DNA of 48,128 bases from an uncultured Alphaproteobacteria bacterium (GTDB lineage: Bacteria; Pseudomonadota; Alphaproteobacteria; Methylaequorales; Methylaequoraceae). How positions within the stretch are numbered: position 1 is the stretch's first letter; each line of letters begins with the position of its first letter. Under the pieces are notes generated by a model that did no database searches, was not told the DNA's origin, and saw only the letters and a program-made list of their open reading frames with translations. The position numbers were made by a program, and so were the translations under genes. This document shows, one piece after another, positions 9,773 to 18,272 of the stretch. The stretch lies in assembly GCA_902542925.1 (NCBI GenBank), contig CACBWF010000003.1:1-48128 (forward strand). The letters are read 5' to 3'.

Positions 9773-11031
9773 CTAAAAAGTTCTTGTGTGATACTTGAGT
9801 ACCAATCATAAGACTCTCTAGCTTCTCTTGCTCTTTCTGCGTAAGATGCATCAGTCGGACTAGATTTACTTCCTAGGGAAACAATTCTATTTTGTTCAGA
9901 ATTTGTTCTATACCAGGAAGAAATTGAAAAACCATAATTTTCCGCAGCAAGACTATAACATGTATTTAAAAAAACTGGTTGTTCAATTTTATTACCAAAA
10001 ATTCTATTTTTTAAGTTTTCCGCACAAATTTTTGCTTGACTATAAGCAGAAAAAGCTGACTTCGGCATGTCCCATGCATTTATAGAGTCACCTACAACAT
10101 GAATATTATTATGATTCTTTAGAGCAAAGGTCACTGGGTTTATTTGACACCAGTCTTGTGATGAAAGTCTTGAATTAAAAATTAAATCAGATGCTTTTTG
10201 ATCTGGTATCAAGTTAAAAAAATCTCCAAAGACTTTTTGTCCTGATTTTAATACTACATAATTTTCTTTTGCATTAAATTCATTTACTATGCCACCTTTA
10301 CTTCTTGAAATCCACTCAATCGAGTTTGGATAAAGTTTTTTCCAAACATGTAAAAATAATTCCTTTTTAGTAAAAGAATCTTTTTTATCAAGAATAATAA
10401 TTTTAAATTTTTTTTTTTTTTTTTTTAAGAAATGTGCTATTAAGCAGGCCCTCTCATATGGTGCAGGCGGGCATCTGTAAGGATAATCTGGTGCCACAAT
10501 TATCAGTTTTGCGTTATCCTCAAGACTATTAATTTTTTTAAATAATATACTCGATTCTTTACCCCCCGACCAAGCGATAGGATTATTAATGGAATTTTTT
10601 TGATTAAATCCAATTATTGAGTCCCACTTAAAGCCAATACCAGGAGAAAGAACAAGCCAATCATAACTAATATTACTATTATTTAGTTGAATCTTTTTAT
10701 TTTCTGAATCTATAAATTTTACATTATCAAAAATGACATTTACACCTCTCCTAATTATATTATTATAGGAAAATTTATTTTGATTTATGTCTCTAAAGCC
10801 ACCTATCACATAATTTGAAAATGGGCATGTATAAAAATTTTTTTTTTTTTCTATTAATATAAGGTCAAGATTCTCAATATATTTCTCTAAATATTTTATA
10901 ACTGTACTTCCTCCGAAACCACCACCAATTACAACTACTTTTGGTTTATAATTAGCTCTTACACCTTTTAGCAATGGGAACCCTATAATTCCACTTAAGA
11001 CGTACTTTATAAACTTTCTTCTTGTTCTCAT
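9769..11031 (-). CDS. fccB: Flavocytochrome c sulfide dehydrogenase flavoprotein subunit (FccB/SoxF type)
   Basis: Tat signal TRRKFIK, GGGFGG, YTCPFSN, RCPPAPYERA, PKSAFSA and NTCYS motifs. Confidence 0.9.
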   Translation of the reverse strand: MRTRRKFIKYVLSGIIGFPLLKGVRANYKPKVVVIGGGFGGSTVIKYLEKYIENLDLILIEKKKNFYTCPFSNYVIGGFRDINQNKFSYNNIIRRGVNVIFDNVKFIDSENKKIQLNNSNISYDWLVLSPGIGFKWDSIIGFNQKNSINNPIAWSGGKESSILFKKINSLEDNAKLIIVAPDYPYRCPPAPYERACLIAHFLKKKKKKFKIIILDKKDSFTKKELFLHVWKKLYPNSIEWISRSKGGIVNEFNAKENYVVLKSGQKVFGDFFNLIPDQKASDLIFNSRLSSQDWCQINPVTFALKNHNNIHVVGDSINAWDMPKSAFSAYSQAKICAENLKNRIFGNKIEQPVFLNTCYSLAAENYGFSISSWYRTNSEQNRIVSLGSKSSPTDASYAERAREARESYDWYSSITQELFS

Positions 11032-11032
11032 T

Positions 11033-11338
11033 CTAATTCTTTGGATAGTAATAATTTGCTAATCCAATAATATCTTCTTTTGATAAAACAGTTACTAATC
11101 TATTCATGACATTACTATTTTTTTTCGTTTTATATTCTGTCATTTTATCAATAAAATATTGATAATTTTTATTTCTTATTGAGTATAATTTTTTTATTCC
11201 AACTCCGGCACCATCATACCCGTGACAACCATTACAATTTTCTGCAATAGTTTTTATACTTATTCTGTCTTGCTCATCTGCATACACAGGAAATGTATAT
11301 ATAATAACTAATAAAAAAATTTTAATATTATTTTTCAT
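11033..11338 (-). CDS. Monoheme cytochrome c, partner of FccB (FccA-like)
   Basis: Signal peptide, CNGCH heme motif, distal Met in VMNRL; ends 1 bp before the fccB start. Confidence 0.88.
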   Translation of the reverse strand: MKNNIKIFLLVIIYTFPVYADEQDRISIKTIAENCNGCHGYDGAGVGIKKLYSIRNKNYQYFIDKMTEYKTKKNSNVMNRLVTVLSKEDIIGLANYYYPKN

Positions 11339-12665
11339 AGGGATTTTTAATTTTAGTAAATATTAATTTAACAATAACACCCTTAAAATCGAATGTTTTT
11401 TTTAATTCTCTTATAAGGAATCTTTTATAACTTTCATTAATAGAATCAGGAAAATTAGAGAAAATCTTAAATTTTGGGGGCCTTGAACTAATTTGAGTGA
11501 TGTATTTTAACTTTACTTCTTTACCACTTTTAAGAGCAGGTGGGTTTACATTAACAGTTTCACCTAACCATTTGTTAAGCTTTGCAGTATTAATTCTTCT
11601 CACCCAGAGATTCAGAAAATCTAAGATACCATTTTTAAGTTTTTCAATCCCTATTTTTTTTTTTGCCGAAATAAAAAAAGTTGGCATATCTTTTGTTTGT
11701 GGCAATAATAATGAAATTTGGTCTTTAATATATTGTTCTGAAAAGTTTTTTATTGTATCTATTTTATTTATAACCAATATAGTTGCTCTGGATTCCTTGA
11801 TTACTGAATTAATTATTTGTCTATTTTTTTTTTCCCAATAATTACTAATATCTAATATAATAAGTATAGTTTCTGATAATCGTATTTTTCTTTTTGTTTC
11901 ATATTCTGACAATTTTTGAATATGTTCTTTTCTTTTATAATTTGTTGACAAACCGGCTGTATCAAAAATTCTAAAGTGTAAATCATTGATTTGTATATTT
12001 GATTCAACTGGATCTCTAGTCAAATTTGGTTTTTCACTTGTAATTGCAATTTTTTTGTCACCAAAACAGTTTAAAAGAGTAGATTTTCCAGAGTTAGTTT
12101 GACCTACTATTGCAATAGAATGTTCAATTTTTTTATTTTCATAAGCTTCATTTTTATTATTTTTTTTTGGAATCAATTTATCTATTTCTAATTTTAATTC
12201 ATGAATTCCAATATTGTGGGCCGATGAAACAAAAATTGGATCTCCTAATCCTAATTTAAAACAATCTGTTTTTATAAATGGGTCTAGTCTTCCTTCACTT
12301 TTATTTATAACTAGAATTTTTTGGTTTTTAAATTTTCTCACCAATTTACAAACTAATAAATCATCATTATCGATTCCCTGTTTACCATCTATGACAAAAA
12401 GTATAATTGCAGATTCTGTAATATTATTAATAGTAAATGACGTTATTTCTTTACTAAAACAATTACTGTTATTAGAAATTCCAGCTGAATCAAATATTAC
12501 ATAATCATTTTCAAAAAAATTTATTTTTTTTTTTCTAATATCAACTGTAACCCCTGGAATATTTTGTACTAAAGCCAATTTTTTTTCGACAAAAGAATTA
12601 AACAATGATGATTTACCAACGTTGGGTTTGCCAATAATAAAGATTTCATTTAACATTTTACTCAA
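11328..12665 (-). CDS. der: Ribosome biogenesis GTPase Der (EngA)
   Basis: Two G domains (GKPNVGKS, GQTNSGKS, DTAG) and KH-like C-terminus KLKYITQ..RPP. Confidence 0.95.
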   Translation of the reverse strand: MSKMLNEIFIIGKPNVGKSSLFNSFVEKKLALVQNIPGVTVDIRKKKINFFENDYVIFDSAGISNNSNCFSKEITSFTINNITESAIILFVIDGKQGIDNDDLLVCKLVRKFKNQKILVINKSEGRLDPFIKTDCFKLGLGDPIFVSSAHNIGIHELKLEIDKLIPKKNNKNEAYENKKIEHSIAIVGQTNSGKSTLLNCFGDKKIAITSEKPNLTRDPVESNIQINDLHFRIFDTAGLSTNYKRKEHIQKLSEYETKRKIRLSETILIILDISNYWEKKNRQIINSVIKESRATILVINKIDTIKNFSEQYIKDQISLLLPQTKDMPTFFISAKKKIGIEKLKNGILDFLNLWVRRINTAKLNKWLGETVNVNPPALKSGKEVKLKYITQISSRPPKFKIFSNFPDSINESYKRFLIRELKKTFDFKGVIVKLIFTKIKNPYEK

Positions 12666-13932
12666 GTGCTAATAATTTACCCTTTTTAGTTGTGAAAAAA
12701 ATCGATTTGTTTGATAAAATTGGGTTTGTAGTGAAATCATTATCTGTATTAATTTGTCCCAATATCATTCCATTAAATGGGGAAATAGAAAGTATTACTC
12801 CTTCAGAACTTGCAATTATAACTTGATTTGATGTTAACAATGGTCCAACCCATCTGAGCGATTTTTTTTTATTCTGATTCTTCAACTGCACCGTCCACAC
12901 TATAGTACCATCAGACAATTCTATGCAATGTAATTTATTTTCTGTATCTAGAAGATAAATATACTCCCCTGCTGTTACTATTGGATTAATAGTAGAAAGT
13001 TCAATTTCCCACATTTTTTCCCCATCGGTTAAATTCATAGCTAAAAATTTATTAATATAACTTGATACTAACAACTTATCTTTATGTATTACAGGAGAGG
13101 ACTGAATATCAAAAATAAGATTTCTGGTTGAGATTGTTCCTAATGCAATATTTTCAAACCATAGTATACTCCCATTTTCAGAATTTAGTGCAAATATCTC
13201 TCCTGATGTATAAGTCACATATAAAACATTGTCTTTCAAAGACGGGCTGACCCCTCCAATTATTGACACATTTTCTAAACTTCCTGAGTGTGACCATATT
13301 TCTTGTCCATTAAATTTTTCTAATGCAATTGTCTGGTTATCATCGGTAATAACAATTACTTTATTAGAAAAAATCAATGGAGGAGCAGATACTGGACTAG
13401 AAAAACTTTTTTTCCAATTTATTTCTCGTGTATTTAGGTTTATAGAATAAAGATTTCCAATTCCTGATGAAACAAATAGTGTGTCATCATTAATACCTAA
13501 ACCACCAGTAAAGAAAATTTCTTCATCACTTTCCTCACTTAATTTTTTTTCCCATATTTTTTTACCTGTGATTGCATTTCTAACGCTAATTATTGAGTTT
13601 GCAAGAACACTATAAATTCTATTTTTATAAATAATTGGTTTTGCAACAAAAAAATCGTTTTTACTGCCGCTGTAAGATGATTCTTTTACCCATTTTATTT
13701 TTAATTTTTTATTACTTAAAAAATGAGTTAAATTGTTTGATGCATTGTGATTATGTAAAGGCCAGTTTTTTATTTCTTTGGGTTCTGGTAAAATAACTGA
13801 TTTATTTGATTTAATAAGTTTTTGAGACTTTTTTTCAAATACATCTACACGTTTCCCAGGTAGCTTAATTTCTTCTTCATCAAAATAACTACATGCATTC
13901 AATAAAAGTAAAGCTACAAATAAAAAAAACAT
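12658..13932 (-). CDS. bamB: BamB-like PQQ beta-propeller lipoprotein
   Basis: Lipobox LNAC, repeated GxxxW propeller blades, yfgM-bamB-der synteny. Confidence 0.85.
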   Translation of the reverse strand: MFFLFVALLLLNACSYFDEEEIKLPGKRVDVFEKKSQKLIKSNKSVILPEPKEIKNWPLHNHNASNNLTHFLSNKKLKIKWVKESSYSGSKNDFFVAKPIIYKNRIYSVLANSIISVRNAITGKKIWEKKLSEESDEEIFFTGGLGINDDTLFVSSGIGNLYSINLNTREINWKKSFSSPVSAPPLIFSNKVIVITDDNQTIALEKFNGQEIWSHSGSLENVSIIGGVSPSLKDNVLYVTYTSGEIFALNSENGSILWFENIALGTISTRNLIFDIQSSPVIHKDKLLVSSYINKFLAMNLTDGEKMWEIELSTINPIVTAGEYIYLLDTENKLHCIELSDGTIVWTVQLKNQNKKKSLRWVGPLLTSNQVIIASSEGVILSISPFNGMILGQINTDNDFTTNPILSNKSIFFTTKKGKLLALE

Positions 13933-13938
13933 TTCATT

Positions 13939-14586
13939 TTAGTTTTTATTTTTTAAAAAGTTCAACATATCATTTGATCTACCTTTAATATCTCTTGGAA
14001 CATCTTGTCTCTTTGAAATTTTCTCAAACATTTTTTTTGCATTATTCATATCACCATCTTTGAGAAATAAAAATGCTCTTAGTTCATTGGCAGTTGCACT
14101 CCAAGGATTATTATCAGAGAACTTATCTAATTTTTTTATTAAAAAATCAACTGGTTTATGGTCCATGGCATTAAGAACATAAAAAAGAGTAGAAATATCT
14201 CTAAAAGACGAATCAACTGCGGTATTTTCTAAGTCTTGGTACAATTTTAAACCATCATCAATTTTTCCATCTGAAATTAATATGGATGCCTGCTTCATTT
14301 TTGCTAATGTTATATACCCATCAGATGAACTGCTAGCTACTTTCTCCAGTGCAAGTAAAGCAGCATCAGTGTCTTGTTCTTGAATCAGTTCCACAGCAGC
14401 TGAGAAATCATCACCAAGAGATTCTTTCTGTTTTTTTGAATATGTTTGCCACCCAACAATTGAAATTGTTAGTAAAATTATTGCTGAAGCTAAGGAAATG
14501 AAATATGGAGCTAATTTTTTCCATAATTGCATTTGCCTTTCTTCTTTAATTTCTTCGTCAACTTCTCTAATAAATTCTTCGCTCAT
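13939..14586 (-). CDS. YfgM-like TPR membrane protein
   Basis: EEFIREVDEEIKEER N-terminus, one TM helix, helical repeats; upstream of bamB. Confidence 0.85.
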   Translation of the reverse strand: MSEEFIREVDEEIKEERQMQLWKKLAPYFISLASAIILLTISIVGWQTYSKKQKESLGDDFSAAVELIQEQDTDAALLALEKVASSSSDGYITLAKMKQASILISDGKIDDGLKLYQDLENTAVDSSFRDISTLFYVLNAMDHKPVDFLIKKLDKFSDNNPWSATANELRAFLFLKDGDMNNAKKMFEKISKRQDVPRDIKGRSNDMLNFLKNKN

Positions 14587-14661
14587 TTTTTTGTAGATAT
14601 AATTAAAATATTAAAATAAACTATTAATTTATAGTTTATTTAAGATAAATATCAATTAGTT

Positions 14662-14985
14662 GTGTTAGAAAATTTTAAAAGTAACAAAAATAAATTTAAG
14701 TTAGTTAGGTTTTCAAAATTAGAGTTAAATAAAATTATGGAGATTTACAGCAAAAAAATTGCTATTGGTGAATGGAAAGATTATTCAATTTTCTTTTCAA
14801 AGAATTGTGCAATCTTTAATATTCATAAATCCTTTTCAAGGAGCCCAGAATTTAAAATATTAAAATATTATCAAAATACAGAGAAATACACACTTTCTAA
14901 TAAAAATCAAATTTTGGCAAAATCAACATCATTAAATAAACTCTTAAAACTTTTAAAAAAGCCAAATTTAAGATTAATTAAGTAA
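14662..14985 (+). CDS. DUF2794 family protein
   Basis: FSKLELNKIMEIYSKKIAIGEWKDYSI motif and C-terminal LRLIK. Confidence 0.85.
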   Translation: MLENFKSNKNKFKLVRFSKLELNKIMEIYSKKIAIGEWKDYSIFFSKNCAIFNIHKSFSRSPEFKILKYYQNTEKYTLSNKNQILAKSTSLNKLLKLLKKPNLRLIK

Positions 14986-15288
14986 TTTTTTCATACCTGT
15001 CGTATATTTTTTTCCTTTAAAATCACTCAATCTCTGAATACCCATTACACCTGAAAAAATATAATCTTTTCTTCCGGATTCCCAGATAATTTCTAAATTA
15101 CCATCAATAATCTTCCATTGTCCTTTTTCACCATTTCCATAAGTCGAAATTGCCATTCCTGTTTCTATTATTTCAATATTAAATTCAGATTTCCACTCAT
15201 CTAAAGCCATCCAACTACCTATCCAACTTAGTCGATCCGCGCTAAGGCTAGAGAATGTAAAGGTAATTAAAAAAAAAAGCTTATACAT
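14974..15288 (-). CDS. Secreted hypothetical protein (Trp/Gly-rich beta fold)
   Basis: Signal peptide ending SLSA; WIGSW and GQWKIIDGNLEIIW; same strand and tight packing behind marC-DUF1289. Confidence 0.65.
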   Translation of the reverse strand: MYKLFFLITFTFSSLSADRLSWIGSWMALDEWKSEFNIEIIETGMAISTYGNGEKGQWKIIDGNLEIIWESGRKDYIFSGVMGIQRLSDFKGKKYTTGMKKLLN

Positions 15289-15292
15289 TAGT

Positions 15293-15448
15293 TTACCTTA
15301 ATTTTAACTGTTTAATGATCTTTCTTTTCTGTTCTTCAGAGAAAAAAGTCCAGTTTTCAATTTCTTTTGTAGTTCTTTGGCAAGAAATACAATATTCTTT
15401 ACTTAAATCCAATTCACACTTATTTTTACAAGGCGATTTAACTTTCAT
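15293..15448 (-). CDS. DUF1289 family small Cys-rich protein (51 aa, below the ORF-track cutoff)
   Basis: Hand translation MKVKSPCKNKCELDLSKEYCISCQRTTKEIENWTFFSEEQKRKIIKQLKLR; SPCxxxC...CxxCxRTxxEIxxW pattern; ATGA overlap with the marC stop. Confidence 0.88.
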   Translation of the reverse strand: MKVKSPCKNKCELDLSKEYCISCQRTTKEIENWTFFSEEQKRKIIKQLKLR

Positions 15449-16065
15449 AATGTTAATTTAAACCCATTTATTATAAATTCAACAGCTAAGGCACCTAAAA
15501 TAATACCAAATATTTTTTGTAAAATTAATATTAAAGAGGTTCCTAATTTTTTTGCTATTAATTTTGAAGATAAAAAGAATATTGAAGTTATTAGAGTTAC
15601 CGAAATAAGCGGTAATATCTGATAAAAAAAATTGGCAATTGAAAATGTAAATTTTTCAGAAACTAAAATTGCAAGGGTAATTGCAGAAGGGCCAACTACT
15701 AGAGGTACAGCAATTGGAAATATAATATAACTTTGGAGGAATTGGTTATTTAACTTGTCATTTACAAATTTTTTTTTTCTTTCATTTCTTTTTTCAAATA
15801 ACATTTCAAAGGCTATAAAAAATAAAAAAATTCCACCAGCAATCTGAAAAGAGTAAATTGATACACCCATAAAATCTAAAAATAGATTTCCAAAAATTGC
15901 AAAAAATGTTATCAATATCGATGTTAAAAGAAATAAGAAAAAAGATAAAAATAATATTTTTTTTTCATCAATCCTTATAGAAAGAGAAGCAAAAATAGGT
16001 ATGAGTGCAATAGGGTCTAATGCTATAAAAGCTTTAAAAAAATTCTGAAGAAAAATTTCATGCAT
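15445..16065 (-). CDS. marC: MarC family membrane protein
   Basis: LDPIALIPIF, FQIAGGIFLF, PIAVPLVVGPSAIT. ATG at 16065 preferred over TTG at 16089. Confidence 0.9.
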   Translation of the reverse strand: MHEIFLQNFFKAFIALDPIALIPIFASLSIRIDEKKILFLSFFLFLLTSILITFFAIFGNLFLDFMGVSIYSFQIAGGIFLFFIAFEMLFEKRNERKKKFVNDKLNNQFLQSYIIFPIAVPLVVGPSAITLAILVSEKFTFSIANFFYQILPLISVTLITSIFFLSSKLIAKKLGTSLILILQKIFGIILGALAVEFIINGFKLTL

Positions 16066-16980
16066 AAAAACTTTAACAACTGTTACCAAGTAATCTCCTT
16101 TTATAAATTTATTAACATCAAAAATCCAATAGTATTTAAAGAATTAATAATTAATTTTGATCAAGTAAATAATATCAAAGGTACAATAATCATTTCAAAA
16201 GAAGGAATTAATGGTTCTGTTTTTGGAAGTAAATCAATCCTAAAAAAATTTTTTGAAATGATAAATAAAAATATATCAAATGACATAATCAAAAATACAA
16301 ATTTTGTTCAAAAATCGCCTTTCCTAAAATTTAAAGTAAAGATAAAAAAAGAAATTGTTAAGATTGGAATTCCATATCATGGAGTTAAGAAAAAACGGGG
16401 AATTTATGTTAATGCCTCAAAATGGGACAAGTTTTGCACTGATGAAAATGTTGTAATTTTAGATACACGTAATCAATATGAGTCTGATATTGGAAGTTTT
16501 AACAACTCAATCCTACCTGATATAAAAAGCTTTTCTGAGTTTCCAAGTTGGGTAAATAAAAACTGGAACAAAATAAAAGATAAGAAAATTTTTACATATT
16601 GCACTGGAGGTATTCGTTGCGAGAAAGCAACGTCTTTATTGATATCAAAAGGTAATTCAAACGTCTATCAGCTCAAAGGGGGTATTTTAAAATATTTATC
16701 TAGTAAAGATAACGGTTCTAACTTCAATGGAGAATGTTTTGTTTTTGATGAAAGAGTTACTGTTGATAAAAATCTTAAAAAAGGTAAATATGGTATATGT
16801 TTTGCCTGTGGTTCAGCAATATCTAAGGTTGATTTTTTATCTAATGATTATAAAAAAGGAGTTTCGTGCTCAAAATGTATTAATAAAACATCAGAAAAAC
16901 AAAAAAAAAGATTTTCAGAAAGACAAAAACAAATTAATTTTGCTAAACAAAAAGGAATTAAACATTTAGGTAAAACTTAA
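16060..16980 (+). CDS. trhO: tRNA uridine(34) hydroxylase, rhodanese family (TrhO/YceA)
   Basis: SFYKF, EGING, DTRNQYE, YCTGGIRCEKA, GECFVFDER. Confidence 0.92.
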   Translation: MHKNFNNCYQVISFYKFINIKNPIVFKELIINFDQVNNIKGTIIISKEGINGSVFGSKSILKKFFEMINKNISNDIIKNTNFVQKSPFLKFKVKIKKEIVKIGIPYHGVKKKRGIYVNASKWDKFCTDENVVILDTRNQYESDIGSFNNSILPDIKSFSEFPSWVNKNWNKIKDKKIFTYCTGGIRCEKATSLLISKGNSNVYQLKGGILKYLSSKDNGSNFNGECFVFDERVTVDKNLKKGKYGICFACGSAISKVDFLSNDYKKGVSCSKCINKTSEKQKKRFSERQKQINFAKQKGIKHLGKT

Positions 16981-16988
16981 AATCTTTA

Positions 16989-18071
16989 TTATTCATCATT
17001 GAGTTTTCTTATTGAGAGTTTTTTCATTTTTTCAATTAAAGTGGTTCGATTAATCTTTAAACTATCAGCGCTTTTTGTAACAGAACCACTATTTACTTGA
17101 AGAGCAGCTTCAATTAAATTAATTTCAATTTCACTAAGATGTCTTCTTAAATCAATTTTATCCATATATTCAAACCATTTTCTGTAATGTTTTGGGTGAG
17201 GTAATTGAGAAAGATTCTCATTTTGTTTAGTTATATTGTTATTTGATTCTTTAGTAAGCGGTAAATCTCCGGTCATGTCCCATAATCCCTCCTTTTCTTC
17301 AATTCTATCAGGAAGGCTAATTTTAATAAGATTTTCTTTTACATTATTTGATTTTATAATTGTTTTCGGAAAAATAATTGCAGCCCTCTCAATTACATTT
17401 TTAAGTTCTCTAACGTTGCCTGGCCAAATATATTCCTGCAACGCCCTTATTGCAGAGGTATCAAATTTGGGTACTAATTCTTGATTCAATGAAATTTCAT
17501 TAATTATATGGTCTACCAGAATGGGTATATCTTCCTTCCTTTCAGAAAGTGTTGGTATTTCAATTGGAAAGACATTTATTCTAAAGAAAAGATCTGCTCT
17601 AAATGTACCATCATCTATTTTTTTTTCAATGTTTTGATGGGTTGCGCAAACTAATCTTAAATCTAACTTAATCTCTTTTTTCCCACCAACTCTTTGAATT
17701 GACTTTGTTTCAATTGCTCTTAATAATTTTGCTTGCAGAGACATTGGCATGTCACCAATTTCATCAAGGAAGAGTGTTCCATTATTTGATAATTCGAACC
17801 TACCCTGTCTAAGAGAGTCAGCGCCTGTAAAAGATCCCTTTTCATGACCAAAAAGTTCAGATTCAAGAAGTTCTGAAGGTATTGCTGCACAGTTCACATT
17901 GATTAAATCACCCCCTCTTTCTGAAGAATGATGAATTGCTTGCGCAACTACATCCTTTCCACACCCAGTCTCGCCTCTTAACAAAACAGTAGAATTAGAT
18001 TTTGAAACTAAATTAACTAATTTTTTTAATTCTAGAGTTGCTTCACTATTACCTTTTATTATTTCTTCCAT
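16989..18071 (-). CDS. fleQ: Flagellar master sigma54 activator FleQ (AAA+ plus HTH, no N-terminal regulatory domain)
   Basis: GETGCGK, ESELFGHEKGSFTGA, WPGNVREL, FleQ-type HTH INRTTLIEKMKK; divergent from fleT-fliE. Confidence 0.88.
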   Translation of the reverse strand: MEEIIKGNSEATLELKKLVNLVSKSNSTVLLRGETGCGKDVVAQAIHHSSERGGDLINVNCAAIPSELLESELFGHEKGSFTGADSLRQGRFELSNNGTLFLDEIGDMPMSLQAKLLRAIETKSIQRVGGKKEIKLDLRLVCATHQNIEKKIDDGTFRADLFFRINVFPIEIPTLSERKEDIPILVDHIINEISLNQELVPKFDTSAIRALQEYIWPGNVRELKNVIERAAIIFPKTIIKSNNVKENLIKISLPDRIEEKEGLWDMTGDLPLTKESNNNITKQNENLSQLPHPKHYRKWFEYMDKIDLRRHLSEIEINLIEAALQVNSGSVTKSADSLKINRTTLIEKMKKLSIRKLNDE

Positions 18072-18082
18072 AAATACTGATG

Positions 18083-18127
18083 GTCAATTTTTTGAATTTT
18101 TATATTTAAGTATGTCAGAATCATGAC
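18083..18127. promoter_or_regulatory. Two FleQ-type boxes (upstream activator sequence of the fleT promoter)
   Basis: GTCA-ATTTTT-TGAA at 18083-18096 and GTCA-GAATCA-TGAC at 18114-18127, 31 bp apart; match the GTCA-N6-TGAC palindrome known for Pseudomonas FleQ. Confidence 0.65.
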
Positions 18128-18169
18128 AAAAATAACTTTACAAAAAAAGAAAAAAAAAAAAAGTATTTT

Positions 18170-18182
18170 TAAGTTACTGAAT
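18170..18182 (-). promoter_or_regulatory. IHF-like site between the enhancer and the fleT promoter
   Basis: ATTCAGTAACTTA on the minus strand, close to WATCARNNNNTTR; identical 13-mer at 28639. Confidence 0.55.
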
Positions 18183-18223
18183 ATATTTGGTTTTTTAAAT
18201 TTCATTTTAAAATAAATAAGCAT

Positions 18224-18239
18224 TGGTAACATTTTTGCT
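18224..18239 (+). promoter_or_regulatory. sigma54 -24/-12 promoter of fleT-fliEFGHIJ
   Basis: TGGTAACATTTTTGCT with exact GG-N10-GC spacing, 33 bp before the ATG. Confidence 0.85.
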
Positions 18240-18272
18240 TATAGGATTTGTATAAAATTTAATGAGGCAAAA

